The notes below the pieces were generated by a model. It ran no database searches. It had not been told where the DNA came from and saw only the letters and a list, made by a program, of their open reading frames with translations. DNA of 64,000 bases from positions 9,317-73,316 of the forward strand of contig JAUSES010000013.1 in the NCBI GenBank assembly GCA_030649835.1, read 5' to 3'. Both the position numbers and the translations under genes were made by a program. The DNA comes from a bacterium. Its GTDB lineage: Bacteria > Patescibacteriota > Minisyncoccia > Phycocordibacterales > UBA1550. Below are positions 27,885 to 37,842 of the stretch, piece by piece (within the stretch, counting starts at the first letter, position 1; each line of letters starts with the position of its first letter).

Positions 27885-28736
27885 CTAGTCCCGCACGATG
27901 ACGACAGTGCCGACATCTGCCCACTGATAGAGCTCTTGCGCACGAGAGGGAGGTAGGTTTACACAGCCGTGCGACCAGGGCTGTCCGAATTTATTATGCC
28001 AGTAGGCACCATGAATAACACCGCCCTCCATCGTGAAGTATAAATTCCAAGGGACACCGGGGAGGTCGTAATACTGATCACTGATGCCGGGCAGAGGTCC
28101 CTGCATATACCTACTTGGTGTTTTCTTATAGACGGAAAAAGTGCCACGAGGTGTGGGAGTGAGCTCAAGGCCGGTTGATGTTGGGCCCTCCATAAATAAA
28201 GTATCACCCTCATATGCATACATTTTTTGATCCGAACGGTCTACAATAATTTTCTTTGTACTTGAGGCGGTTGGGGCGTCAGTTGTGTTTTGATCTCTCT
28301 CGGTGAACAATCGCACATACTCCGCAGACACAAACCAGTCTCCAGAAACACGTTCTGGATATCGCACCCAGTCATCAAACAAAATTTTGTGCCACGCTCG
28401 TCCATCCTGTATTATCGTATCTGCAATTTTTAAAACCACGCCCGTACGCAGGCGCATTACCACAGGATGTTCCTCGCTTGGTCCTGACCGCACATTTACA
28501 CACGAACCTTTGTACTCATTATCACATCCATCAACTACTTCTATATATTGAAAAAGTTTTGGTTCACTGATAGTGGCGGTGACGGTTGAGGTCGCTACCT
28601 CTAAAGGTCGATCTACTACAACAAGAGATGGTGGGGTACTTATCTCCTTCTCTTCTTGCTGTATAGTAGACACACCAAAAATCGCCCCCACTGCAAGAGC
28701 GACAAATACTGTCCTGTACACCACAATCCCATTCAT
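27885..28736 (-). CDS. L,D-transpeptidase (YkuD domain) with an N-terminal TM helix and an SH3-like domain.
   Basis: The catalytic HGCVNLP with a C-terminal YkuD fold pattern. An SH3_3-like middle region. Confidence 0.7.
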   Translation of the reverse strand: MNGIVVYRTVFVALAVGAIFGVSTIQQEEKEISTPPSLVVVDRPLEVATSTVTATISEPKLFQYIEVVDGCDNEYKGSCVNVRSGPSEEHPVVMRLRTGVVLKIADTIIQDGRAWHKILFDDWVRYPERVSGDWFVSAEYVRLFTERDQNTTDAPTASSTKKIIVDRSDQKMYAYEGDTLFMEGPTSTGLELTPTPRGTFSVYKKTPSRYMQGPLPGISDQYYDLPGVPWNLYFTMEGGVIHGAYWHNKFGQPWSHGCVNLPPSRAQELYQWADVGTVVIVRD

Positions 28737-28796
28737 GGGCTCATTCTAGTGGACTTTCAGTAATTACACAACAAAGGTGCCCATTAAGCGCTCTTA

Positions 28797-28832
28797 TGCT
28801 AAAATAACCATAATGATTCGGAACATTATGCG
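28797..28832 (+). repeat. 36-nt repeat (tgctaaaataaccataatgattcggaacattatgcg), copy 1, upstream of the A2M-like gene.
   Basis: Identical to 36883..36918 except for one position. It contains a TAAAAT box 7 nt before an ATG. Confidence 0.8.
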
Positions 28833-28925
28833 CAGGGACTCGCAGAGTTTTTACAGAGGCACAAAATCTAATTTTCCTAAATATCTGTATTATGAAGAAT
28901 AAAGGATATTTGCTATTCTTACTCT

Positions 28926-31900
28926 ATGTTAGATAATAATGATGTGGAAAATGTAAGGCAGGCCCCACATTTTTGGAGCAACCTTAGTAATCGCAATTTT
29001 TTATTCATTATCGGTACCGTCCTTGTTCTGCTTATTGGAGGGATTTTTTATAATTCAGTTGTTTATAGAACCGAGATATCGGAATATGATCTCAAGGCAA
29101 GTGTTGCTGACGCCGCTGGTATTGCACCAAACAGTCATTTTATTTTAAAAACAACAGCTCCGCTAACCACCCAAGTACTTGAAAGGTATATCAAAATAAT
29201 TCCGGCGATTGATTTAAGTATTAAGAAAGTATCAGCACAGGAAAATACATTTGAAATTATTCCTAAAGATGAACTTCAGCCAAATCAAATTTACACCATT
29301 CAGGTAGACAAGGGCCCCTTAGCGAGCCGTGATTTCAGTTGGGCATATCAAGTAAAAGCACTGTTTCAGGTAACATCTTCAATCCCGGGAGATAGAGGCG
29401 TGGATGCTCCTACAAATACAGGGATTGAATTCTACTTTAATCGCGACAATATCATTGCTCCCGATAATTTTATTGAAATAACTCCTGCGGTGTCGGGTAA
29501 GTTTGATGTATCTGAAAATAGAGTTCGGTTTATTCCTAGTAGTCCTTTAGCCGAAAGAACTATTTATACGATAAAAATAAAAGCGGGGCTAAAAGCTAAA
29601 GACACGGATGATGTTTTGAGTAGCGAGAAAATAATTCAATTTCAGACAGCCCAAGCCTATTCCGATAATCGCGGGCCTTCAGCATATTTCTCTCGTCAAT
29701 TTGCTGAATTTAAACCGGGTTCGGATATTCTTTTAGGTGTAGGTGCTTATAACACTTCTTCAGTTGGTGCAACTGTCTACCGGTTTGATTCAGCTCAAGA
29801 ATTTCTTGATTCTGTAACAAAAATTCAAGGCAACACGCCATGGGCTCGTTACTATACAAATATCGATAATCAACTGCCAGAAAATAAAAAAGTGTTTACT
29901 GGTAACCTTCCTCTTGAGACCGCTGACTACTATTCACTGGTGAGAATGCCTCAAGCATTGCAGACTGGATACTATGCGATAGTTATTAACTCGGGTAAAA
30001 GCAAAGATATCTCATGGTTTCAAGTAAACCCAGTGGCTAGTTTTGCGGCGTTTGCGAGTTCAAAATCTTTGGTGTGGTTAAAAGACATTGCTGGTGAAAA
30101 AAGTGTCACAGGAGTTCCTATCCTCTTTAATAATAAACAGATCGGGCAATCTGGCGCGGATGGAGTGGCTCTCTTTGGTACACCCTCAGAACTTATAAGA
30201 AAACCGACTGATTCTTATTATACAAATGAACGAAAATTCTTCATTGCACAGGCCCCTACTGGTGCTCTGGTTATCCCAATGGAAAGTGAATATGGTTACG
30301 CAACTTCTCTCACTCAAAATGATAGCTGGTGGGACTATATTTCACTTAATAAAAATATGTATCTACCGACCGATACACTCCGCTTCTGGGCAATAGAGAA
30401 ACCTCGTAATAGTGGAGCGGCTGGCGAAGAAATCAGCGCTAAGCTTACTAACCCATACTGGAGTGAGACTCAGGACAATGTCGTAACATACGCTGAAACA
30501 AAATTAAAACTTTCCGAATATAATGCTGTTACTGGTGAACTATCGTTTGCCAATCTAAAACCGGGCACATACGACCTAACTTTCCTAAAAGGAAGTGAGG
30601 CTGTTGCAAAACAGACAGTTACCGTAAGTGCATATATAAAACCAGCTTATAAAATTACTGCTACCCCTGATAAGAATACGCTCTTCGCGGGCGATACTGT
30701 GACATTCAAAGTCAAAGCAGAATTTTTTGATGGAACACCCGTTACGAACACTTCGCTTTCTTATTCTGCTTATGGAGCTTTAGGCAAAAATTCCCAAGGC
30801 AGTATAAACCTTAGTTCTCAAGGAGAAGGATCATTTACTGTCACCCCTGAATATACAAACGATCAAACATACTGGCCATCTTACTTAAGTGTTAATGTGA
30901 AACCAACGAAAGCCGAGGAGGGGCAAATAGAAACAAATTCTTCAGTATTTGTATTTGGACCGCATATAAATAATTCAATTAGCCAAAAACAATCAGCCTC
31001 AAACGTAACCTTTGCGGTAAAAACACGCGCAGTTGTTCCCAATAATAATTCTCGAGGGGAACCTTATTGGAATACCGAGAATTACTTGGGTGGCCCCGTG
31101 GTTGGTGCAACAACAAACGTTGATACATCAGAAGTTGTGTATCTCAAAAACCAAACAGGGACTGGTTATGATCCGATAAATAAATTGACCTACCCAATTT
31201 ATAATTATCGAACAGAATATCGCTTCATTTCATCTCAAGCAATAACCGCCGATCAAAACGGTTCTGCGGAATTTCTCTTTACGCCTGAAAACAAAAAAAC
31301 GTATAAATTTATTTTTACGACATACGATAATGTAGGGCGGGCAGTCAAAGACACTCGGTATGTTTATGGTGGCTTGGGGGATGTTGACTATGGTTCAGAA
31401 GACTCCTCCTACTACCTCTTTAATCCAGACAATAACAAGAACTACAAAGTTGGTGATTCAATAAATATCCAGCTACAGACTTATCAGGGAATCATGCCAC
31501 CTGAAGGAACGGGGAACTATATATTTATGACTGTAAATAACGGAGCTATTGAGTATCGGATTCAGGATGCTCCCAAATATAATGCAACATTCCAGAATAA
31601 GGACATTCCGAATATAGGTATTTGGCCGGGATGGTTTGCTGGTGGCCGTTTCCACAACTCGTATCTTCAAAATATTTCTTTTGACGCCAATGAGCGAAGA
31701 TTGAATATAGCAATTACTAAAGATAAGCAGACATATAAGCCAGGGGATAATGTTAGCCTTGATATCAGAGTAACGGATAAAAATAATAATCCAGTTAAAG
31801 CAGAGGTAAATCTTTCTGCCCTGGACGAAGCTGTATTCTCAATTAGACCAGATGAAAAAGATATTATTAACGATCTCTATAAAGATATCTACTCGCAGGT

Positions 31901-33818
31901 TGTAATTCGCACATCAAACATGCCTCCTTATGGTGGCGGTGGTGCTGAAAAAGGTGGGGGTGGAGATGATGCACCTCGCTCAAATATTCAAGAAATGGCA
32001 ATATTTAAATCTGTCACGACAGACGCTGGAGGATTCGCGCATACTGAATTTAAACTTCCTGACAATATAACCTCGTGGCGCTTAACAAGTCAGGCTGTTA
32101 CCAAGGATTTGTTTGCTGGCAAAGACGTGTCCTTCATACCGGTCACCCTACCATTCTTTGTAGATGTGACATTGAATAATACGTATCTTGCAGCTGACCA
32201 GCTCACCCTTCGGTTAAGAACATTCGGAACAGCGACCACCCAAGGAACTGCAAGCTATACAGTAGAAAGCCCTACTCTGCCGTTCAAAAAGATTGATAAA
32301 GCCGGTGGAAACAACATTGATATACCGCTTGGAGTACTGCCCCTTGGAAGTCACCAACTTACCGTGAGAGCAAGTAGTGGCGGATTTTCAGATGCACTAA
32401 CACGACCACTGAACGTTCTCGATAGTTATTTTACAAAAAATACTTCGAACTTTTATGAGGGCATTGGTGGACTGAAAATTAAAAATAATGCTCTAGGTCA
32501 CACTACGCTTACTTTCATCTCGCACGGTAGAGGGCAGTTATATAAAGAGCTTAAATCTTTGAGTTATCAGTGGGGGGTTAGACTTGATCAAAAAGGCACA
32601 CAGCTGATTGCAACAAATCTTCTCAACAACTATTTTGGAGAGAAGAATGAAAAACCAGAATTTCAGGCCGTTAAATATCAAGCTTACTCAGGAGGCTTAC
32701 AGTTACTGCCTTACAGCAGTGATGATCTCGAATTGTCGGCAATTTCTGCTCACCTCTTTGAGGACTCTGTCTTTGATCGATCCTCGCTCAAGAATTATTT
32801 ATCCCAATCATTAAGTGATGCCAAGTCGGATACATCAAGAATAACTCGTGCTTTGTATGGACTAACTGCATTCAAAGAACCAGTACTTACTAAAATTCAA
32901 AAAATTAAAAGTGACCGATCGCTGACGCTTAAGGATAAAGTGTTTGTTGCTCTTGCTCTTGATTCAATCGGAGCAAAAGAAGAAGCGCGTGCTTATTACA
33001 GGCAAACCATAAAGCCCTCAGTTCAAGTCAAATCGTCCTATGCTTACGTTGGTGGACTTAAGGGTGATGACACTATTACCACAACAGCCTTAGTCTCTGC
33101 TCTTACTGCCAGTCTTGAAGAACCAGAATCTGCTCAGCTTGCGTTATATATAAATCAAGATTTCCCCAAGGAAACTCTGAATAATTTCCAGCAACTTCTC
33201 TACATAAAATCTGCACTACCCAAGCTTAGTCCCGAAGAAGTCAGGTTTGCTTATAAGGTTGGATCAAAGAATGAAAATAAAACACTGAAAAATGGTGAGT
33301 CATTCACACTCACACTTTCACCGCAGGAGCTGACATCTTTGGAGCTCTCTGATGTCAAAGGCAAACTAGGTATGGTTGCTTCTTACGAACTAGTGTCTGT
33401 ACCCGAATCAATTTCTAAAGATAAAAATTTGTCACTAAGTCGTTCTTACGAAGTAAATGGCGGTGCCACAAAAGAATTCAATGAAGGAGATTCTGTATTG
33501 GTACGGTTAAATCCTCGATTTAGTGGAAACGCACTCAATGGTTCCTATCAAATTGTTGATTACCTACCAAGCGGACTGCGTCCAATAGATCAAGAATTGG
33601 GCAGATACCATAGCAACTATGATTTACGAGTTGATCCAACAGAAATTAATGATCAAAAGATAACATTCGTAATAGATAAAAATGTAAATCTGCCTGTCTA
33701 CTATTACGCTCGGGTAGTCTCAAAAGGTACTTATAAAGCTGAGCCAGCCATCTTACAGTCACTCCGAAGTTTCGAGAGTGTAACGATATCAAATGAAGAT
33801 ACAATTACCGTTAAATAA
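28926..33818 (+). CDS. Alpha-2-macroglobulin-family (MG-domain) large secreted/membrane-anchored protein without a recognisable thioester motif.
   Basis: 1630 aa with an N-terminal TM helix, repeated MG/Ig-like beta domains, and an A2M-like core (DNITSWRLTSQAV…LPFFVDVTLN, compare DTITEW…QPFFVEL). No CxEQ thioester motif was found by eye. Confidence 0.55.
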   Translation: MLDNNDVENVRQAPHFWSNLSNRNFLFIIGTVLVLLIGGIFYNSVVYRTEISEYDLKASVADAAGIAPNSHFILKTTAPLTTQVLERYIKIIPAIDLSIKKVSAQENTFEIIPKDELQPNQIYTIQVDKGPLASRDFSWAYQVKALFQVTSSIPGDRGVDAPTNTGIEFYFNRDNIIAPDNFIEITPAVSGKFDVSENRVRFIPSSPLAERTIYTIKIKAGLKAKDTDDVLSSEKIIQFQTAQAYSDNRGPSAYFSRQFAEFKPGSDILLGVGAYNTSSVGATVYRFDSAQEFLDSVTKIQGNTPWARYYTNIDNQLPENKKVFTGNLPLETADYYSLVRMPQALQTGYYAIVINSGKSKDISWFQVNPVASFAAFASSKSLVWLKDIAGEKSVTGVPILFNNKQIGQSGADGVALFGTPSELIRKPTDSYYTNERKFFIAQAPTGALVIPMESEYGYATSLTQNDSWWDYISLNKNMYLPTDTLRFWAIEKPRNSGAAGEEISAKLTNPYWSETQDNVVTYAETKLKLSEYNAVTGELSFANLKPGTYDLTFLKGSEAVAKQTVTVSAYIKPAYKITATPDKNTLFAGDTVTFKVKAEFFDGTPVTNTSLSYSAYGALGKNSQGSINLSSQGEGSFTVTPEYTNDQTYWPSYLSVNVKPTKAEEGQIETNSSVFVFGPHINNSISQKQSASNVTFAVKTRAVVPNNNSRGEPYWNTENYLGGPVVGATTNVDTSEVVYLKNQTGTGYDPINKLTYPIYNYRTEYRFISSQAITADQNGSAEFLFTPENKKTYKFIFTTYDNVGRAVKDTRYVYGGLGDVDYGSEDSSYYLFNPDNNKNYKVGDSINIQLQTYQGIMPPEGTGNYIFMTVNNGAIEYRIQDAPKYNATFQNKDIPNIGIWPGWFAGGRFHNSYLQNISFDANERRLNIAITKDKQTYKPGDNVSLDIRVTDKNNNPVKAEVNLSALDEAVFSIRPDEKDIINDLYKDIYSQVVIRTSNMPPYGGGGAEKGGGGDDAPRSNIQEMAIFKSVTTDAGGFAHTEFKLPDNITSWRLTSQAVTKDLFAGKDVSFIPVTLPFFVDVTLNNTYLAADQLTLRLRTFGTATTQGTASYTVESPTLPFKKIDKAGGNNIDIPLGVLPLGSHQLTVRASSGGFSDALTRPLNVLDSYFTKNTSNFYEGIGGLKIKNNALGHTTLTFISHGRGQLYKELKSLSYQWGVRLDQKGTQLIATNLLNNYFGEKNEKPEFQAVKYQAYSGGLQLLPYSSDDLELSAISAHLFEDSVFDRSSLKNYLSQSLSDAKSDTSRITRALYGLTAFKEPVLTKIQKIKSDRSLTLKDKVFVALALDSIGAKEEARAYYRQTIKPSVQVKSSYAYVGGLKGDDTITTTALVSALTASLEEPESAQLALYINQDFPKETLNNFQQLLYIKSALPKLSPEEVRFAYKVGSKNENKTLKNGESFTLTLSPQELTSLELSDVKGKLGMVASYELVSVPESISKDKNLSLSRSYEVNGGATKEFNEGDSVLVRLNPRFSGNALNGSYQIVDYLPSGLRPIDQELGRYHSNYDLRVDPTEINDQKITFVIDKNVNLPVYYYARVVSKGTYKAEPAILQSLRSFESVTISNEDTITVK

Positions 33819-35574
33819 TGCAAAAACAAAGACGGCACTATTGTTCCTATTTGTCTTCATAATATTTGGAGTAGTTTTTGGTTTGACATCGATAAAAAAT
33901 AACAGGACTGAAATTATATACCACCAGTCTCAGTGGAATGAATATGCCCCCGAGATAGAAAGGGCGGTTAAGACAGAACAATTAATAGAGCCACTTAACC
34001 TAGAGCATATCTATGGTGGTGTTGTTTCTCATCACATCCCAACGACCATACCCCAATTAGTTAAGTTCTATAGTCGTCTAAAGCGTACCCAACCTGTTAA
34101 GAACCTCATCGTCATTGGACCCGATCATATTGACGCAGGCAAGGCACCTATAACAGTATCGAATGCTAGTTTTTTCACTGCCTACGGTGAGGTTAGGCCA
34201 ATAGATGGTTTAGCTTCAAAATTACAGGATGCAAAATTAGCCAATATCGACGAATCTCCATTTGACCCAGAACATTCTGTTGGTTCCCAGATATTAGTTA
34301 TTAGTAAGATTTTCCCTGGAGCCAAAGTAACGCCGATTATTCTTCGATCAGATACCACCAAAGATCATGCAGAGGCATTGGGGAAAATGCTCTCAACACT
34401 CATGGATGATGAGACCGTACTTATTGCAAGTGTGGATTTTTCGCACTATCTTCCAACTGATCAAGCAATGCCTCTCGACCAGATTTCTGGAGAAGTAGTA
34501 CGCAATCTTGATCTCGGAGCTCTTTCTCTAGTCACCGCAGACTCTGGGAAATCTACGGCAGTTTTTATGGAAGCGATGAATGGGAAGAAAGCCATTGATA
34601 CAGATGATCTAGTAATTTTAAATACAAACGATCTTATGCAGAACTCGGACTATACAACGGGGTATGTGTTTGGTTTTTGGGGCATTAAGAATAAAGTTCT
34701 AGCACAAAATAATAGTAACGAAACCTCAACGCTTATTTTTGTTGGTGACATCATGCTCTCGCGTGAGATCAATAATATAATGAATAAGAATAGTGATTGG
34801 CGTTACCCATTTCTAAAGACAGCCGATTTTTTGAAAAATGCTGACCTCACCTTTGGAAACCTAGAGGGACCCATTTCAAGAAATGGAGTTAAAGTAGGAA
34901 GTATATATTCTTTTAAGGCAGACCCTCGATCAGTCGAGGGGCTTTTGTACTCTGGTTTCGATGTCTTGTCGGTAGCCAACAATCATATTTGGGATTATGG
35001 CGCTGAAGCGTTTGGAGATACTCTCAAAATCCTTAAAGATAACGGCATAAGTTATATAGGAGGAGGGCTATCCTATGAAGAGGCCCATATGCCTGTTATC
35101 AGGGAGATTAGAGGAGCGAAAATCGCATATCTAGGTTATACAAACTTACTTTCGCTCTCTCTTGGAAACAAGAACTCAAAACCGGCAATTGCTTTTCCGG
35201 ACAAAGATCAAATAATTCTTGATGTGCAAAAGGCAAAAATGCACGCTGATATTGTAATAGTTTCTTTTCACTGGGGCGACGAATATGAAACACAGCACAA
35301 CTCTTTTCAAGAAGAATTAGCGCACGCTACTATTGATGCGGGCGCACACTTAGTAGTGGGTCATCACCCTCATGTCATACAAGAGATAGAAAAATATAAT
35401 GGAGGATATATCGCCTATAGTTTAGGAAATTTTGTCTTCGATCAGAATTTTTCAGAGGACACCAAGTCCGGTCTGGTATTGACGGTTGCTCTAAGGGATA
35501 AAAAAATTGTTGAAATTAGGAAGCACATAATTAAATTTACACCCTCATACCAGCCATTTCTCGTAATTGAGTAG
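33793..35574 (+). CDS. Fusion protein: MEMO1/AmmeMemoRadiSam-B-like domain plus a CapA (poly-gamma-glutamate synthesis, metallophosphatase) domain.
   Basis: N-terminal half GGVVSHHIPT…VIGPDHID…FDPEHSVGSQ is Memo-like. C-terminal half LIFVGDIML…GNLEGP…VANNHIWDYG…HWGDEY…VVGHHPH is CapA/PgsA-like. The start overlaps the A2M gene end by 26 nt. Confidence 0.55.
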   Translation: MKIQLPLNNAKTKTALLFLFVFIIFGVVFGLTSIKNNRTEIIYHQSQWNEYAPEIERAVKTEQLIEPLNLEHIYGGVVSHHIPTTIPQLVKFYSRLKRTQPVKNLIVIGPDHIDAGKAPITVSNASFFTAYGEVRPIDGLASKLQDAKLANIDESPFDPEHSVGSQILVISKIFPGAKVTPIILRSDTTKDHAEALGKMLSTLMDDETVLIASVDFSHYLPTDQAMPLDQISGEVVRNLDLGALSLVTADSGKSTAVFMEAMNGKKAIDTDDLVILNTNDLMQNSDYTTGYVFGFWGIKNKVLAQNNSNETSTLIFVGDIMLSREINNIMNKNSDWRYPFLKTADFLKNADLTFGNLEGPISRNGVKVGSIYSFKADPRSVEGLLYSGFDVLSVANNHIWDYGAEAFGDTLKILKDNGISYIGGGLSYEEAHMPVIREIRGAKIAYLGYTNLLSLSLGNKNSKPAIAFPDKDQIILDVQKAKMHADIVIVSFHWGDEYETQHNSFQEELAHATIDAGAHLVVGHHPHVIQEIEKYNGGYIAYSLGNFVFDQNFSEDTKSGLVLTVALRDKKIVEIRKHIIKFTPSYQPFLVIE

Positions 35575-35613
35575 CCCACACAAGGACTAATATGCTAGAA
35601 TTGCAAGAACATC

Positions 35614-36843
35614 ATGACAAAAACTATAAGACTTTGGTATCTCTATGACTTTGCAAACTCATTTGCTTCGATAGTTTTGATTTTTTACTACCCTCTTATG
35701 CTTGCAGAAAGAGGTGCGAGCAATATTTGGATTGGTGTTTCGGCATCAATTTCCACGGGGATACTTCTCATAGTGTTACCGTATCTCGGCGCGTACTCAG
35801 ACAGAACAGGAAGGAGATTTATTTTTATAAAAATTGCAGCTATTTTAATGGTTGTATCGTTATTTGTGCTTGCATTTCTAATGCAAAATATAGATGTTTT
35901 TAGTGTGCCAGTATTAATAATAGTCTCGTTTTTTTACGTGTTATTTCAGGTTAGCTTTCAGGGTTCATTTGTATTCTACTCGGCAATGTTGCGGGGTATA
36001 ACAACAACTGAAAATAACGCAAAAGTGTCAGGGGTAGGTCTCGGTCTCGGACAATTAGGAAACGCTGTTGCTTTGGGAATAATCGGACCCATCATTGGGT
36101 CTTCACTTGTAATCATCGGACTAAGCGGAAAACCCATTGCCCTATTTCTTGGTGGGGTGATGTTTGCAATAATTTCAATTCCGTTTTTGAAACAGAAAGA
36201 CTTGAAAAATGATATAGAAAAAGTAGGCTTTTCTTACAAGGCCTTTCTTAAAGAAGTATTTTTAGAAAAAAGAATATTCTATTTTTTGATAGGATATTCG
36301 CTACTTGCAGATGCAATTCTTACTTTTCAATTATATTTAACCCTTTATGTAACAAAAGTGTTTGATTTTTCTGACACATTAACAACGTACGCGGGAATAG
36401 TTGCCCTACTTTTCGCGGTCATGGGTGGATTTACGGCAAGCAAGTTTGCATATAAGTTAAGGGATAAAGAAAAGGCATTAAGAGCATCAAGTCTTTTCTA
36501 CGCCGTCGCTTTTTTAATTCTTGCACTCGTCCCAAATACCCCCATTTTAGTATTTTTTGCTCTAGCGTTGGGTGGCATCGCTTTCGGTCTACTGTTTTCG
36601 TTGGCAAGATGCGTTTATTCTGAAATCTCTCCACAAAACAAACAGGGCGAATTTTTTAGTTTGTATACGGTGTTTGAACGAGCCGCATCTATTGTCGGAC
36701 CGTTAGTCTGGCTCCTCACCTTCTATTTACTAAAAGACTTTGGCGAAAATATCCAATACAGGGGATCAATGCTCTTTTTGGTGGTAGTTTGCTTAGCAGG
36801 TTATTATTTCTTAATTAAAAGCAATCGAGCTGTCAAAGTGTAA
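35614..36843 (+). CDS. MFS transporter.
   Basis: 12 predicted TM helices. The motif GAYSDRTGRR sits after TM2. Confidence 0.7.
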   Translation: MTKTIRLWYLYDFANSFASIVLIFYYPLMLAERGASNIWIGVSASISTGILLIVLPYLGAYSDRTGRRFIFIKIAAILMVVSLFVLAFLMQNIDVFSVPVLIIVSFFYVLFQVSFQGSFVFYSAMLRGITTTENNAKVSGVGLGLGQLGNAVALGIIGPIIGSSLVIIGLSGKPIALFLGGVMFAIISIPFLKQKDLKNDIEKVGFSYKAFLKEVFLEKRIFYFLIGYSLLADAILTFQLYLTLYVTKVFDFSDTLTTYAGIVALLFAVMGGFTASKFAYKLRDKEKALRASSLFYAVAFLILALVPNTPILVFFALALGGIAFGLLFSLARCVYSEISPQNKQGEFFSLYTVFERAASIVGPLVWLLTFYLLKDFGENIQYRGSMLFLVVVCLAGYYFLIKSNRAVKV

Positions 36844-36882
36844 CTATTAGCTCCTGTTTCGGTGTGTCAAAAGCTCACAGTG

Positions 36883-36918
36883 TGCTAAAATAACCATAAT
36901 GATTCGGAACGTTATGCG
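36883..36918 (+). repeat. 36-nt repeat, copy 2, spanning the cyoA promoter and start codon.
   Basis: tgctaaaataaccataATGattcggaacgttatgcg. The cyoA protein begins MIRNVMR. Confidence 0.8.
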
Positions 36919-37795
36919 GGGGATATTGGTAATTGCTATTTTGGGACTGGCAACATTTTTATGGGTCTATATGAGTACGCACAATATGGGCGTCTTTAAT
37001 CCTAAGGGGGTTATTGCGCTTGCGGAAAAAGATTTGATTGTTACCACGACACTCCTCATGCTCATTGTGGTCATTCCAGTGTTCGTGCTACTTGCAGCGT
37101 TCATTTGGAGATACAGGGCAACGAACACAAAAGCAACATACACTCCCGACTGGAGCGGGAGTAAGATTTTGGAAACAATCTGGTGGGCTATTCCCACGGC
37201 AATTATTATTGCACTCGGAATCATTACATGGAAAAGCACGCATGCGCTTAACCCGTACACGCCCCTTGTTTCAAATGTTCCGCCGATTACCATTGAGGTC
37301 GTAGCGCTAGACTGGAAGTGGCTTTTTATTTACCCAGAGCAAAATATTGCTACGGTAAATTTTGTGCAGTTTCCCGTGGGGACACCGGTCAATTTTAAAA
37401 TTACGGGTGATGCGCCCATGAATTCATTTTGGATTCCCCAGCTTGGAGGACAAATATATGCGATGGCTGGAATGAACACAAAGCTTCACTTAATGGCTAG
37501 TGAAGCGGGGGAGTACGCCGGGCTCTCGGCCAACTACAGTGGTGCGGGATTTTCTGGAATGAAGTTTACGGCAAAGGCGAGCACGCAGGAAGAGTTTGAC
37601 GCGTGGGTAGAGACAGTGCGTCAATCGCCAATTACTCTAAGTCTCAGTGAATACGATGAGCTTGCACAAAAAAGCCGAAATAATCCAGTAACGTATTATT
37701 CATCTGCCGAAGAAAATTTGTATGGTAAAATAATAATGAAATACATGGAACCAAGAGGAATTTTACCACCAGCTATGCACGAAATGACAAGATAA
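36899..37795 (+). CDS. cyoA: Cytochrome bo3 ubiquinol oxidase subunit II.
   Basis: Two N-terminal TM helices plus a cupredoxin-like domain lacking the CuA ligands. Long stretches (WKWLFIYPEQNIATVNF…MNSFWIPQLGGQIYAMAGMNTKLHL…YSGAGFSGMKF) resemble E. coli CyoA as I recall it from memory. Confidence 0.8.
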   Translation: MIRNVMRGILVIAILGLATFLWVYMSTHNMGVFNPKGVIALAEKDLIVTTTLLMLIVVIPVFVLLAAFIWRYRATNTKATYTPDWSGSKILETIWWAIPTAIIIALGIITWKSTHALNPYTPLVSNVPPITIEVVALDWKWLFIYPEQNIATVNFVQFPVGTPVNFKITGDAPMNSFWIPQLGGQIYAMAGMNTKLHLMASEAGEYAGLSANYSGAGFSGMKFTAKASTQEEFDAWVETVRQSPITLSLSEYDELAQKSRNNPVTYYSSAEENLYGKIIMKYMEPRGILPPAMHEMTR

Positions 37796-37842
37796 TTTTT
37801 TGCTTACGGTATTTAGTGTTTTGATATATAATTCATGAGTAT

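Noticed and set aside
28926-33818. Thioester-containing alpha-2-macroglobulin.
   Set aside because: No CxEQ thioester motif was found by eye after the FFVDV segment, so it is called a thioester-less A2M-like protein only.
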